Shown: positions 34,230 through 47,800 of the stretch, one piece after another
How the letters are laid out: each line of letters opens with the position of its first letter
Numbering within the stretch: the first letter of the stretch is position 1
From: Lama guanicoe
Taxonomy: Eukaryota
DNA: 64,000 nucleotides
Reading direction: 5' to 3'
Assembly: GCA_013239625.1 (NCBI GenBank)
Contig: MU053758.1
Location: forward strand, 1,612,001 to 1,676,000
The notes under the pieces: generated by a model
Databases searched by the model: none
Told to the model about the DNA's origin: nothing
Seen by the model: the letters and a program-made list of their open reading frames with translations, nothing else
Position numbers and translations under genes: made by a program

Positions 34230-35139
34230 TGGCCTTCCTCGAGGCACGAGTCAGCTGTCTCGCTTGTTTTGGAGGGAGGAGAGGGCCAGAGCCGGGCTGG
34301 GATAGGGTGGGGAAGAGTGAGGCACCTGGCCCACAGAAGAGGGGCAGTGGGGGCTGGACCAGGTGGTGGCAGAACGGAGGCAAACCTCTGCTTCCTGGAA
34401 GCTCTAGGTGTCCTGGTGTCCTGGGAGACTGGTCTGAGCAATAACTTAGGCACAGAATACAGGATGGAAGGGCACTGACCCTTGATGCTGCAGGAGGTTT
34501 CATGTCCCTGTTCTCTCTTTTCCTGCAGAAGCAGGAAGGTGCACAGGCACCTGCCTTCTCAGGCCTGCCTGGACCTTCAGAATTGTCCATAGGTGCTGGC
34601 CAGCAGAGAGGAGGCTTGGGCAAAGCCCAGGCCACTGGCAGGTCCATCCTGGCCAGCTGTCATCATAAGCCCTCCAGATCCAGTCATATCCCAAGAGGGT
34701 GGTATGGAGTTTGCCCATTGTCTTACTCACTTGTGTAAGCTAAAACCTGGGATGGACTTCCTTTCACGTCATGGCTCTGTAGTTGTCCCTGCCAGCTTCA
34801 AGTCTGCCTCTGAGGAGCCCAGTAGCCATCTGTAGGAAAAACAGTTTTGGCAAAACTAAAAGCTAGTGTTATTGTGGGCTCACACTAGCCCCAAGGGCTT
34901 TATATGTCCTTAATCAATCCTCCAACACTTTTGAGATCTATCTGCACCATTGCTATCTCCATTTTATATATGCGGAAGCTAAGGCACAGAGAGTTGACAT
35001 ACTTGTCCGAGGTCACACAGCTAGAGGAAGTGGTGGAGCCAGGATAAATCTAAGCCCAGAGAAAGAACATAAGGGTTACTGTCCACTGGGCATGTTCAAG
35101 TTGTAGTAGGCTTTGGATGAAAATGGATCAAAACCCTGT

Positions 35140-38100
35140 GCTCTTCTTTAAAAACAAATGGAAATGAAGGTATCTTCAGTAAAGAAAAACAGACAATTTG
35201 TCATTAGGAGATCTGCCCTATGAGAAATACTGAAGGGAGTCTTACAAGCTGGAATGAAAACACTAGATGGTAACTTGAATCCACACAAAGAAATAAAAAA
35301 ACAGCAGTAAAGACATTATGAAAGACTGTAAATATTTTTGTTATTCTTTTCTTTTTTGTCTTTAACTCTTTGTCTTTAAAAGACAGTTGTGTAAAGCAAT
35401 AATTATGAAACTGGACTGACAGGCTTGTAACATACAATGGTGAAACTTGTATGACAATCATAGCATGAAGGAGGAAATGGAGCTATAATGAAACAAAGTT
35501 TTTGTACATTTATGAAAATTTAGTATTCATTGAACACTATTGTTTTTAAGTTAAGATGCTAATTGTAATCCCCAAGGCACACACTGAGAAAATATAAATG
35601 AAACAAGCAGGAAATTAAAAAGATACACTAGAAAATATCTATTTTACACAAAAGAAGGCAGGAATCAAGGACTAGAAGAAGAACAACAAAATAAGACATC
35701 TGAAAAAAGTAGCAAAATGACAGACGTAAAATCCTATCTTACCAGCAATTATATTGAATGTAAGTGGAATAAACATCCTAATCAAAAGGCAGAGATTGGC
35801 AGAAGAGATTAAAAAACATGATCCATCTACATGTTCAGAAAAAATTTACTGTAGATTAAAAGACACAAAAAGTTTAAAGTAAAAGGATGAGAAAAGGTAT
35901 GATGCAAAGGGTTACCAAAGAGAGCTAGAGTGGTTATACAGGTGTGAGAGAAAATAGACTTTAGAGGCAAAAATCATTCCTAGAGACAAGAAGGACATCT
36001 TATAATGATAAAAGGACCAATCTATCAAGATGAAAAGATTATAAATATATATGCTTCTAACAACAAAACCTGACGTAAAAACTAACAGAATTGAAAGGAA
36101 AGTAGGTAATTCAAAATAATAGTTGGAAATTGCCACTTTCAATATTGGATTGGGGGGAGTTAAAAAAAATAATGGGTAGAACAATTGGGCAGAAGATCAA
36201 CAAGGAAATAGAAAACTTAAACAATGCTCTAAACCAAACTAGACCTAGCAGATTATCTAAAGAAGGCTTCACCCAACAACGGCAGGATACACATTTTTCT
36301 CAAGGACATGTGGAACATTCTCCAGGATAGACCAAATGCTAAGTCGTTAAATATGCTTCAATACATTTAAAAGGATTGAAATCATACAAAGTTTGTTCTC
36401 CAAACACAGTGTAATTAAATTAGAAATTAAGAACAAAAGAAATTTTGAGAAGTTCACCAATTTACCTTAAGAAACTGAAAAAGAAGAGCAAACTGAACCC
36501 AAAGTGAGCCAAAGGAAGGAAATAATAAAGATGAGAGTGGAAATAAATGAAAAAAAAAAGAAAAAACAGAGAAAATGAGTAAAACTAAAAGTTGGTTCTT
36601 GGAAAAGATCAACAAAATTGACAAACATTTAGCTTTTTTTCTTGTTTAGCCTAGCTAAGTATTTGTCAGTTTTGTTGATCTTTTCCAAGAACTTTTAGTT
36701 TTATTAATTTTTATTAATTAATTTTCTCATTTTTTCCTGTTTTCATTGACCATGAAGGAAACACAAATCACAACCACAATGAGATACCACTTTACGCCTG
36801 CTGGGATGGCTTAAATCAAGAAAATAGAAGTGTTGGTGAGGATATGGAAAAATAGGAACACTGATACATTGCTGATGGGAATGTAAAATATAGTACAGCC
36901 ATTATGCAAAGCCGTATGGTGTGTCCTCAAAAAGTTAAACATGAAATTACCATATGACTCAGCAAGTCTACTCCCAGGTTTATACCCAAGAGAAATGAAA
37001 ACATATGTCCTCACAGAAACTTGTATGTGAATGTTTATAGCAGCATTATCCATAATAGCCAAAAGGTGGAAATAGCCTACATGCCTATAAATGGATAAAC
37101 AAATCATTGTACATACATACAATGAGATATTATTCAGCCATAAAAAAGAAGGAAACCTTGCCATTTGCGACAACATGGATAGACTTTGAGGGCATTATGC
37201 TACATGAAATAAGTCAGACAGAGAAGACAAATATCGTATGAGCTCACATTTATATATGGAAACCAAAAAGAAAAAAAAATACCTCATAGATACAGAGAAC
37301 AGGTTGGTAGTTGTCAGAAAGAGGCGGGCAGTGGGAATGGGGTGAAATGGATGGAGTCAAAAGCTACAAACTTTCAGTTATAAAATAAGTCAGTTCTGGG
37401 GATGTAATGTGCAGCATGGAAACTAGAGTTAATAACACTGTATTGCATATTTGAAAGCTGCTACTCAGAGAATGAAATTTTGCCATTTGCAGCAAGATGG
37501 ATGGACTTCGAGGGCATTATGCTAAGTGAAATAAGTCAGACAGAATGACAAATGCTGTATGATCTCATTATGTGGAATAAAAAAATACAACAAACTAGTG
37601 AATAAAACAAAAAAGAAGTAGACTCACAGATCTAAAGAACAAACTAGCAGTGGGGTGATGGAGAGGGAAAGGGGGACAGGCAATATAGGGATGAGTGGGA
37701 AAAGGGTTGTTGTGGGATTATATGAAATCATGTATGAAATCATGAAATTTTTGAAAATTGTAAAGCACTATAGAATATAAAGAATCATTCATTCAATAAA
37801 AATAAAAATTAAAAAACAGCTGCTAAGAGAGTAAATCTTAAAAGTTCCCATCACAAGAAAAATTTTTCTGTAACTATGGTTGGTAATAGATGTTAACTAG
37901 ACTTATTGTGGTGATCATTTCACAATATATACAAATACCCAATTATTGTGTTGCACACCTGAAACTAAGAATGTTGTATGTCAGTTGTACCTCAATTAAC
38001 AAAAAACTTTATCACCCCTCCCACTTTATTTCTATAAGAAATGAACAGTCTAAAAATGAGATTAAGAAAACAATTCTAGGGGAGAGGGTATAGCTCAAGT

Positions 38101-38740
38101 GGTAGAGTGCATGCTTAGTATGCACAAGGTACTGGGTTCAATTCCCTGTACCTCCTTTAAACATAAATAAATAAAACTAATTACTCCCCCCCGCAAAATA
38201 AGTAAAAATTAAAAGGAATAAAAAATTTTAAAAAGAAAATTCTATTTATTATAGCATCAAAAAATAATCAAATACCTAAGAATAAATTTAACAAAAGAAG
38301 TGCAAAACTTGTCCTGAGAAAACTATAAAACTTTGTTGAAAGAAATTTTAAAAGATCCAAACAAATGGAAAGATAGTCCATGTTTCAGAAGACTTAATGT
38401 TGCTACGATGGCAATACTCCTTAAATTGATCTACAGATTCAACACAATCCCTATTAAAATCCCATCTTCTGATCTTTTTGGCGGAAATTGATGAGCTGGT
38501 CCTAAAATTCCAATGGAAATGCAAGGGACTCAGAGCAGCCAAAACAAATCTTGAAAAAGAAAACAAAGTTGAAAGTTCCCAATTTTAAAACTTACTACCA
38601 ATCAAGGCAGTGTGTGAATATATGCATGAATTGTGTATGCATTATGCGGCATACCAGAAATCGACACATTGTAACTGATGGTACTTCAATTAAAAAAAAA
38701 AAAGACAGTGTGGGGCTGGCATAAGGATAGATGTATATTT
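35140..38740 (+). mobile_element. Fragmented, nested L1 cluster (decayed ORF1-end/ORF2 pieces plus several 3' ends)
   Basis: A-rich; cagaagatcaacaaggaaatagaaaactt; gaaaagatcaacaaaattgac; tgccatttgc...catggat...gagggcattatgct twice; many stops. Confidence 0.88.
38079..38235 (+). mobile_element. tRNA-Ala-derived SINE (vic-1-like) inserted into L1
   Basis: Head and tail as in the other copies; TSD-like aagaaaacaattcta / aagaaaattcta. Confidence 0.87.
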
Positions 38741-41594
38741 CATAGGAAACATTTCTTTGGGGAAATTCCAAATCTATTTGGGTTGAACTCAGAGGAACAG
38801 GGATTTTTGCTTGCCATCTGAAGTGGGGATGTAGAAGGACTTGAGCTGAGGCAGAATCTGTGGATTTTGAGTGAAATTTCTGGCACAGTGACCAGGGGGA
38901 TGGGATGGAATTTCTTGCAGGTGTTATATGAGTGCTGTCACTCAGTCAGCATTAGGGATCTTCAAGGGAGCCTGTATCAGCTGATAGGCATGGTGGCCAC
39001 CGGCCCAAGGCCCTGGCCTTGTGGATGGTGCTCAGCCACCTTGTGAGCTCTGGGATCACTTAAGTTTTGTGAAGGAGGAAGGGCATGCCCAGGAGACTCA
39101 GAGCTGTGCAGAAGGTGAGGGAGAAATAAGGCCTTCCCACATTTCTATCTGTAAAGTGGTCCCTTTTCTCCTATGAATGAGGATCCGACTCTGAGGCCAA
39201 TCTCATGTCGTCAAATCTTTGCTTTGCTCAGTCAGCTCTCCCCATCAGTAGAATGGAAGTAATAATATCAATAGCCCATGCGGTGAGGATTAAAGGAACA
39301 CTTAATAAATGTAGTGATGAGCATTATGAAACACTAAGAGAGCTAAGTTGTGGATTTGCATCTAAGCGCCATCACTTTGTAGCTAAAAAGTCTCTGAGAC
39401 ACAATTTCCCTCCCTAAGACATCAGATTGTTGGCTTTGAGTGAGCCCAGGTGGTGTCATCTGCACCTGCCCCTACGTGATGGCTCTGTGCTGACTCCTGC
39501 CCCGCCCCGCCCCGCCCCATCTCATCCCGCCGCAGCAAGAGGTGACTTCTGAAACAATGTCAGATGCCATCACTTTTTGACTTATAACCCTCCAGTTGGT
39601 TCAACGGCTCTGGGAAGAAATCTACCTTCCTCACCCCATTCCCACAAGACCTACAACGGGGCTCTGCTCACCACTCCCAGGTCAGGGCAGGCCTCCTTTC
39701 CCCTCCTCACTCTACTTGGGTTTCCTGCGTTTTCTGGAACACAGAAATGACTTCCCACCTCCAGGGCTTCTTTGTGGGACCCTCAGCCACCAGCTCCCAC
39801 ACAGCCACCCTGTCCATTCTTAAAGTCTCCCCTCGGGTGTGACCTCAGGGCCTGGTTACACTCTCTGAGGTGGCACCCATTACTCATGACCAAACAGTTG
39901 CAGGCCTGCCTCCCTGGGGCACTACTGACTGTCTGCCTTGATTTTGCTCGGGTATTAGCGTTCTTGTGTTCTGACTGGCTCCCCTCCCAGGCGCTGAGCC
40001 GTACGCCCAGTGAGTTAACGAGCAGTGCCCGGCAAGGAGTAGCCGGTTGGCATTTGAAGGATCAAAGAAGTGCCTGGCATAATTCCCACCATGTGTTGAT
40101 GGGCCCATTTATTCCTTGATCTTGAACTGTCAGTGAATGGGGTGGTTCTGGAAGATGAAGGAGTTTGGGCTGCTCGTCCAGCTTTCTGGGAATAGGATGG
40201 GAGAGATAAGGCAAGATCTGCTGACATTTAAAAGAGGACATAAGGGAGGTGGTCTGGCTGAGAGTCTGAAGGGCTGCTTGGCAGGCGGGTGACCCATGGG
40301 GTGGGCATTCCCTGCAGACAGTGAGCAGATCCTCACCTTCTGTCTCCAGAGAAGCTGTTGGCCTTTAGGAGAAGAAAGTGTGACTGGGGCTTCAGTGAGG
40401 CCTGGAAGAGGGTGGCTGCAGGACACTGTCATGACCTCATGGGATGGAAGGGATGGTGTCTAGGGGGAAGGTAGAGGAGACCCAATAATACTCCAGGTCT
40501 CAGCCAAGCAGGAAAATGTCTAGAAGGGCAGCCTCAAGGGCCCTTAGAACGCCCTTAGAACATGCTGGGACAGTGACACGGCCTTCAGAATTCTAGGAAA
40601 ACCTGAAAAACCCAGTCAGGACATCCAGCTCTCTTAATGGTGGGGCAGGCTCGACTCTGACGTGGTAGCCCGGAAGGGCTCAGGAAGCTTGCTGGCCACA
40701 GGGTCAGGTTCCAGGGCTCCCACCCATCCAGAACTGAGAGTAAATCTCCTCTCAAGGGTCTTCCAATTTCAGAGGCGACCATGGGGTAAGTGGAGCCAAT
40801 AGGCTTTTGAGGAGGAGAAAGGAGAAATGCAACATGATTGGGGCTAAATATCCAAACAAGTATTTTTCAGACTGTGGGGTTTGACCCATTCAAGGGTCAT
40901 GAAATCAATTCAGTGGGCGGTGACCAAATGTTTAGAATTTAACAGAAAATAGGAAAGTGCCTATTCCATACCAGGTGCTCTTTCACTAAATATGTGTGTG
41001 TCCACGTCCAAATCACTGAGATGTAAAATGTATTTGTTACTGTGAGTTGCAGGTTATAGCTTTAAAAACAATCTGAAAGCTGATGTTCTTGAAAGGATGG
41101 GTGGACACTGTTAAAGGGTCACCCACTCAAAGTGTAGGAGGTGGAGACCCAACCCAGGGGACTGATGGTGGTAATCAGACCCTACTTGGTTTAGGTGGGG
41201 GAAAGCATTTGGGTTTGGAGTCAGGCAGAGCTGGACTCAAATCATGACTCTGTGTCCAACTAGTTGTATGACTCTGGCCAAGACTCCAAACACCTCTGAC
41301 TGTCACTCGCAGCTGCCAGTAATGCCAGTAGCACCCTCACTGATGGTGGAGAAGGGCCCAGCAGAGGCCTGGCACTCCAGAGTTAGTGGTGGTCCTCTCC
41401 AGCATCTGGATGATGTTGGTTCTCCCTGCCTCTTGGGTGCAGACCCAGGGCCCGTTTCTGCCCCTTCTCCTCCGTGCTTTGCTGGCTATGTTCTTGGCTG
41501 CCTGGGATTCTCCATCCTCCGCCCCACCCACCCCAGCACCTTCGTGGGTGCAGATGAGAAATAATGAGACAGCAGCCTATAGGAAGGAGATCCA

Positions 41595-44500
41595 GGAGAG
41601 GAAAAAGAAACAAGTTTTATTTAAGCCCCAAACACTCAGTTAGAAAAACCAAAAAGGAAAGAGAGCAGGAAAGTGGGAGAAAAAAAGGGACATTAAAAAA
41701 GAGAGACAGAGAAAACACAGCAACCCTTTTCCATTTAGAAATTGTCAAGTTACACTGACAGAGGTCACAGAATATCCACAGAAGCCATCACTGCTACACC
41801 AACACAGGCCCTACGGGGTGGACAGGGCGGGGTGTGGAGCCGGGGCTTGCCCTGGGGGGCCCCATCTGGGAACCCCTCTCAGAGCCTCAGGCCTGAGGCT
41901 CCTAGGGAAACAACGTATCCTGGAAGGGGCAGGAGAGAAACCCCCCATGCGAGTAACACAGCACAGTGGGTGGGAGCTGGGGGGACCAGGTACAGGGGTC
42001 CCCCCAGACGTCTTGCTTTTCTCTTGGTCAAGCACACACTGATGGACAGAGCAGCGAGGCGCATGCAGCTGGGGGGGCCTTGACGTGCTGTGGGTTTTGA
42101 GAGGGCCAGGGCCTGGGGGCTTGGGAGGGGAGCTGGAGTCAGCGGTGCAGGGACGATGGAACACACACACAGGCACTCCACATGCGGGGTCTACAAGCAC
42201 GTGCACGCACACACATCCACACACGCGGCTCACACGCACCTCCACGTACACCCCTCTGTCCACACACATACAAGTCTGGCAGCTGCCACGTCTGCACACG
42301 CACATCACGTGTGTTCTCACACGCCAAGCTTCTCCACACTGATGTGCAGGTGGGCACGTGCTGATGCCCAGGCCGGTTACATGCACCGCCGTGGGCACGC
42401 CTCCCTGCACACACGTCATGCCTGTGCACGCTCACGCTTCCTTCCCTCCACACATGGGCAAGTGGCCTCGTGCCAATGGACACACACACACACTCACACA
42501 CAGGCTGCGCACAACTCCTCTTAGCCCGTAAGTAAATGTGCAGGCACCAAAGTGAAAGAAAGATGCAAATTCCACTGGGCTCCAGTGAGCGGATGGGCTG
42601 GGGCACAGGGCTCCCTCCCTCTGCCCCCTCGTGGATGGACACGCCCCTCCCCCTCCCCCACAAAGGGACATTTAACTCGGGACGATGACGGGTGGGGCAC
42701 ATGTTCAGGGCACAGGGCTGAGGATGGGAGGTAGGGGCAAGGGAAAAGTAGCAAGCAAAGAGTAATGGAGTGGAGGGAGGAGGGGGCACCACTCCCCCCT
42801 CCCCTCCCCAGTCAGGGGGTCTCTGTACAGCCGAATCAAACCAAACCATTTCATATATTATATATATAATATGTAAATATATTTTTAAAACAATATAAAA
42901 TGTTAAGACACTTCACTTAAATGTAAAGAGTTGCCTGCAATTAAAAGTAATTGCATCATTTATGAGGTCCTTTTTTTTTTTCTATTTTCCAGGTTTTTTT
43001 TTTTTCAGGAGGGATTTTTTTTTCCTCTTCTTTTGTTGTTTTTCAAAAAGGCTTGCTTGCCTTTGTACAAAAATGACCCAAAGCTAGAAAACAAGGATGA
43101 ACCAACAAAAACAACCACAAAAAAAGAAAGAAATGAAGAAACACAACCCGGTTTCCCCTCCCTCCCCAACCCTCAACAGCTCCCGCTGGCTCTCCCCAAG
43201 CGCCAGGCCCCAGGACCTAGGAGGTTCTCCCCCTTCAATGGTTCCTTCTCTCTGTGCTTACCTGGGGAGACTAATCCCGGCCACCTTCCCCTGTGCTTAT
43301 CCAATTTTGTGCTACAAATAGGAATCCTGCTCCCTGGGGACCCCACTCCATCCTCTTCCTCCTCCTCCACCCACATAATCTCCCTGTTGGCCCCTCACTG
43401 TGTGAGGGGACGGGGTGCCGAGAGACAAAGTTTGTCTTTCCCTCCCCTTCTCAGGACCCCACCAAAAGCCTCACTGCCCACAGCCTCTGCAAGGTGGGTA
43501 TCCAGGGGCTGGGGTCATTGGCTGGCTGCTCAGGCCTCAGGGACCCTCAAGGATCTCACCAGGGGTCACCAGCTCCCCATATAAAAACCACATCTCATCT
43601 CTTCCCTGAAAACCCTCAAATCTCAAGGGGGATGTTTGAAAGTCATCCCACTTGTAGGGTCAGAGCTGTCTTCATTGCCCGCCGTCAAACTCCTCTCTAT
43701 TCCCCCCACATCCCTTACAACCAGACCCTTCCCACCCTCCAGGCCTCAAAATCTAATTTGCTAGGCCTTTCATCCTTGCCCACCCCACCCCCATTAAATA
43801 AGTTAATGTCATTTAAAGTGCTCAATTAGGAAACTAAAAGTATCAAATACCCCTCCTCGGGGCTGCCCTCTCCCAAGGCAGTGTCCCCGGTGTTAGGCTG
43901 TCTGCTCAACCCACCGTCCACAGCCAGCAGTCCAAAGGTGCCCCTTCCTTAGATCGGCACAGGGCAGGCAGCTCCTCACCACAGGAAAGTGGTCCCAGGA
44001 AGCCAGCTCCTCTCTAAGGACACACAGCCTCACACCACCCAAGGCCCCTTCAACCCTGACCTCCCTCTCCAGCCCGTCCATCTGGACTCCAGGCCCACTA
44101 GGGCATGCGTGATGCGTGGACGGGAGCAGAGAAGCAGCAGCGTTCAGTCACATCCTGAGGTTGGACAGGTGGGGTGGCTCCAGGACCAAAGTCTCCCTAC
44201 ATCCCATTTTCCAGCCTGATATTGGGGTTGGTCCCATGTCCAGGTTTTCCTCCAGGAAGGTTTCCGAGGAAGGGGAGAGGGGGTGTCTCGCTGCTCCAAG
44301 TCTCCGTGGCTCAGAGTTTGTTTGAAGTATTCTTGGAAAGTTTGAGGGAAAGGCGGGAAGGGAGGGCAGGGTGCAGGAACTTCAGGATGGACTTGGGAGG
44401 GAGAGTGGGGAAAGAGAAAAAGGAGGGACAATGACAGGAAGTACGCCATTTTGGAACAGGAAGTCAAAGGAAAGTGGTGTGTTTTGGTTTCTAGTTTTAC

Positions 44501-44731
44501 TGGTTTGCTTAAAAAAAAAAAGATAATTAAAAGTAAATCATTAAAAAGAAAACCCAAAACACCAACAGGAAATGGGAAAAGAGTGCTGGGGAGGGCCACA
44601 TCTGTGGCAAACCCTTTGGAGGGTCTGGAGAGTGGCGTGGGGGTAGAGTGGAAATGAAGGGAAGAAAGGAGAGAGAGAAATGGCGGGGATGAGGGACAAT
44701 GGCAGGCTGGTGTGGAGGTATAAGGGGGCTT
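41595..44731 (-). other. SRCIN1: SRCIN1 3' UTR (~3.1 kb; end approximate)
   Basis: From the stop codon to the AATAAA at 41621-41616; no interspersed repeats recognised; U-rich and GU-rich blocks on the sense strand. Confidence 0.75.
41616..41621 (-). terminator. Poly(A) signal of SRCIN1
   Basis: TTTATT on + strand = AATAAA on - strand, flanked by U-rich sequence. Confidence 0.75.
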
Positions 44732-44866
44732 CTAGAAGGAGATGGAAGAATTCCTCGCCCCAAAGGAAGTCAATACAGGGATGGATGTTCTGGAAGCCGA
44801 GGGCTTTTCTGAGACTGGGCTTGAGGTCTCATTCGACCCGCTCATCTCTTTAGATGGTTTAGTGGC
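44732..44866 (-). CDS. SRCIN1: SRCIN1 last coding exon, ATKPSKEMSG...RTSIPVLTSFGARNSSISF* (SxIP-like TSIP motif)
   Basis: tttttgttccag acceptor, 44 codons + TAG. Confidence 0.95.
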   Translation of the reverse strand, partial: ATKPSKEMSGSNETSSPVSEKPSASRTSIPVLTSFGARNSSISF

Positions 44867-47800
44867 CTGGAACAAAAACAAGGATCAGGGGTCAGAGAGA
44901 GGAAGGGAAGCCTTCGTGCTGGCCCCCAGTTAAAGGTTTAAAAATGAAAACCTTCCATGAATCCAAGAGAAAATTAACTGCAAAGGGTAGAAACCAGAGG
45001 AGCATCTTGAGAGTGGTACCCTGAGACAGGGAAGGTGGGGACCACAGTAGGGGTGGAAAGGGAGGCACAGGGTTGGCCCAAAGGGCCTGGGAACCAGGAT
45101 GGGAGGGTAGGTCCATGGTTACTATAGGAAGGACAGAAGGCAGAAGAGAGACCAGAAAAGCACAAGGGAGGGCAGCCCAGGACCAGGACGGGAACCAGGA
45201 CCAGGTGGGGATGGCGTGTCGGGGAGGACAGGGGAGGGAAGGAAGAAGTGCCATATTAGTGGCCAATGGGGAAGTGGAAGGGGAGCAGGCCAGGCTGGGA
45301 GGAGGTGGGCTCAGCAGCCCACAGGTGTTCCTCCAGCTTTGAGCTGTGCCCTGTGGGGAATGGGAGGTCACTCCTTCATGATGCGTCCTGCGCTCAGTGG
45401 TCACCTCTGATAGTTGTAATCAGTCGTGCCCCTCCCCACCTTTAGCAGATCCCCTGCATCTACACTGGTCCTGGAGGTGTGGTATGGTTCCGGAGCCATC
45501 TGCATCACTTCAAGGGGATGACTAGTCACAAATGCAGATTCCCGGGCCCCGCCCCAGAATCCACCTCTGGTGTGGGCTCCAGAATCTGCATTTTAGGCAG
45601 GTGCCGCAGGTGATCCTGCTGCCGAGTCAACTTCGCCATGCACTGGGTCAGGGCAACACAGACGGAGTTTCCTCCCTGTAGCTGTATCCACTGTCCCTCC
45701 TGACCTTGCTTAGCTACTAGTGTGATAATCTAATCACCCTGATAAAAAAAAAAAAAGACAGAAGGCACGAGGATGGGAAGCAGAGGGCTGTGGCACACCG
45801 CCAGAGACCTCCCGCAGGTTAGGTCCGGGTGGGGTCACTGCATTTCCTGCCAACCTACATCTTCGCCCAGCTGCTGGGCATCCTCCTGGCAGGAGGAAAG
45901 CCAGCCGGAGCCTCCCGCAGCCTGGAAGGGAATGGAGGGAACCGCAGGCACCTGACTGGCTGACAGCGAACCCCCCGAGGTTGCTGATCACATTCCCCCT
46001 TCCACACGTGCACAGAGATCCATGTGGGGTTTGCTGGCCACACTGACGTCTGCAGTCTGCATTTTTCCCCTTTATGAAAATCCAGGCAAGAGTGCCCTGT
46101 TTGGTCCTCTGACTCCTCTCATTTTGATTGTGGCCAACCCTCCTTACTCGGGGGGGGGGGGGTTCCAGGCCCGCAGCCTCAGATCCCTCCAACCACTCAG
46201 CCCTTTGCCGAGTGACATGTGCCAGGCATGGCCTGTGTTCGCCAGGTCCCAGTATCTGGACCTGGAGACAGACTCATTTAAAGACAACCAAGAGCTCTCT
46301 TATGTCCGTGTCACTTACTCTGGGCTCCAGTCCCGCCCCTCCCCTCCCATCATTTCTCATTTAAATTTCTTTCCCCCAAAGCCAGGTGGGAGGGAGCACA
46401 TCCCATCTTCAGGTCCCAAGCCAGCCATTGCTTCCCCTCTGGTTGTCCTCTTTGTTCTCTGTTCGCCTTTCTAGTTAAAAGCTTTTTCTGTTCCTTTCCT
46501 TTAGCCTTGTCACGAGCCTGGCCTTTTCTGAGTTTGGTCATTGGAACACCGGCTCCGGCTTGTGCTGCCACCTGACTCCCATATCCACTCAAGTGACGTG
46601 TCCTCACCCAGGTGATGTCCCCCTTCTCCCAGCCCATGCAGGACCTTTAAACATCAGTTGGCAGCAGCGTTCACTGGCTTACATGGACGCCCCCCACCCC
46701 TTCTCCGTGGAGACCTCTTATGCTTGTTCTGTGAGCATTTGTCTTGTAAAGTCCTCTCGGGCTGTCTTCCCTCCTAGGAGACTGGCCGTGGCAACATCCA
46801 AAACCCACTGTCCTGAAGCCAAGGGAGCATGTCCAGCTGTGCCCCCTGACCCTATCCTGTGCTGCTCAGAGTTCTCAGCTGCCCCAGCTGCTGTCTCTGA
46901 AGGTTCCTGTCATTCATGTCACCAGCCAGGTCTCTCCTGCTGCTCCCAATTACATCCAGAGAAACAGAGCTTTGTCACCTTTGTGGCAAGGCGGAGACCT
47001 CACGGATATTCAGTTAAGAGAGACTGGTGCCTCCTCCAGAGCTATTCCCAGTGCCGCCTCCCCCTGCCCACATGCCTTTCTCCTTGTTATTTGCCTCAGT
47101 CAGGCAGCAGGCTGTCAGAAGAGGTGGGGCTTGCCCCAGCCGGAAGGGGATGGGTCCTGATAAAATCCATGGCAATTTGAGCAGTTCCCTTCTCCTTGCC
47201 AGTGGCTGATTTAGGGACAGGCAATGAGAAGAGAAGGGAGATCAGTTGGGGGCTTTTGGGAAAGGTTCTTCTGCTTCTAAAAAGATCTATGTGCCTAGGA
47301 CCCCTGGAATGAAGGCAGCCGTCCTATGGGGGACGATAGGCCAACAGAACCACAATCTGGAAGGAACCCAGGTACTGATGTCCTTGAGCTGTTGAATTTC
47401 CCCAACCCTGGGTCCTCCCTGCTTTCTGTTTTGTTAGATAATAACTTTCCTTGTTGTTTAAGCCATTTAAACAATTTTTAAATTTTTATTTTCTAGTTGA
47501 AATATAGGTTTTGTTTTTGCTTTTGTTTTTTAATTGAAGTATAGTGGTTAAGCCATTTTGAATTGGAGTTTCTGTTATTTGCAGCTGAAAGCATTCCAAC
47601 TGCTACAGGTAAGGCCCAACATTGTTCCCCTAATGCTCCAGTTAACAGTAATCCCATCACTCGGGCTATCTCCCCAAGGCTTGGTGGCCCCCACGGGATT
47701 ATGCCTCCTGGCCAAGCAGTAGAATCCAGCATTAGGACAGCAGAATTTGTATCCGGCAAACCTGGGTTTAAGTCTCAGCTCTGCCACTTCCTAACCGTGT

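Larger units (their letters stand above)
32751..34250 (+). other. ARHGAP23: ARHGAP23 3' UTR (~1.5 kb; end approximate)
   Basis: From the stop codon to the first AATAAA; no interspersed repeat recognised; AU-rich distal block. Confidence 0.75.

Noticed and set aside
35912..38566. Short ORFs within the L1 cluster
   Set aside because: Decayed L1 fragments with many stops and frameshifts; no intact ORF1 or ORF2
41811..43829. 200+ aa ORFs in the SRCIN1 3' UTR region (41811..42419, 42139..42849, 42931..43584)
   Set aside because: Arise from low-complexity CA/GC/T-rich sequence; no domain-like content or splice support
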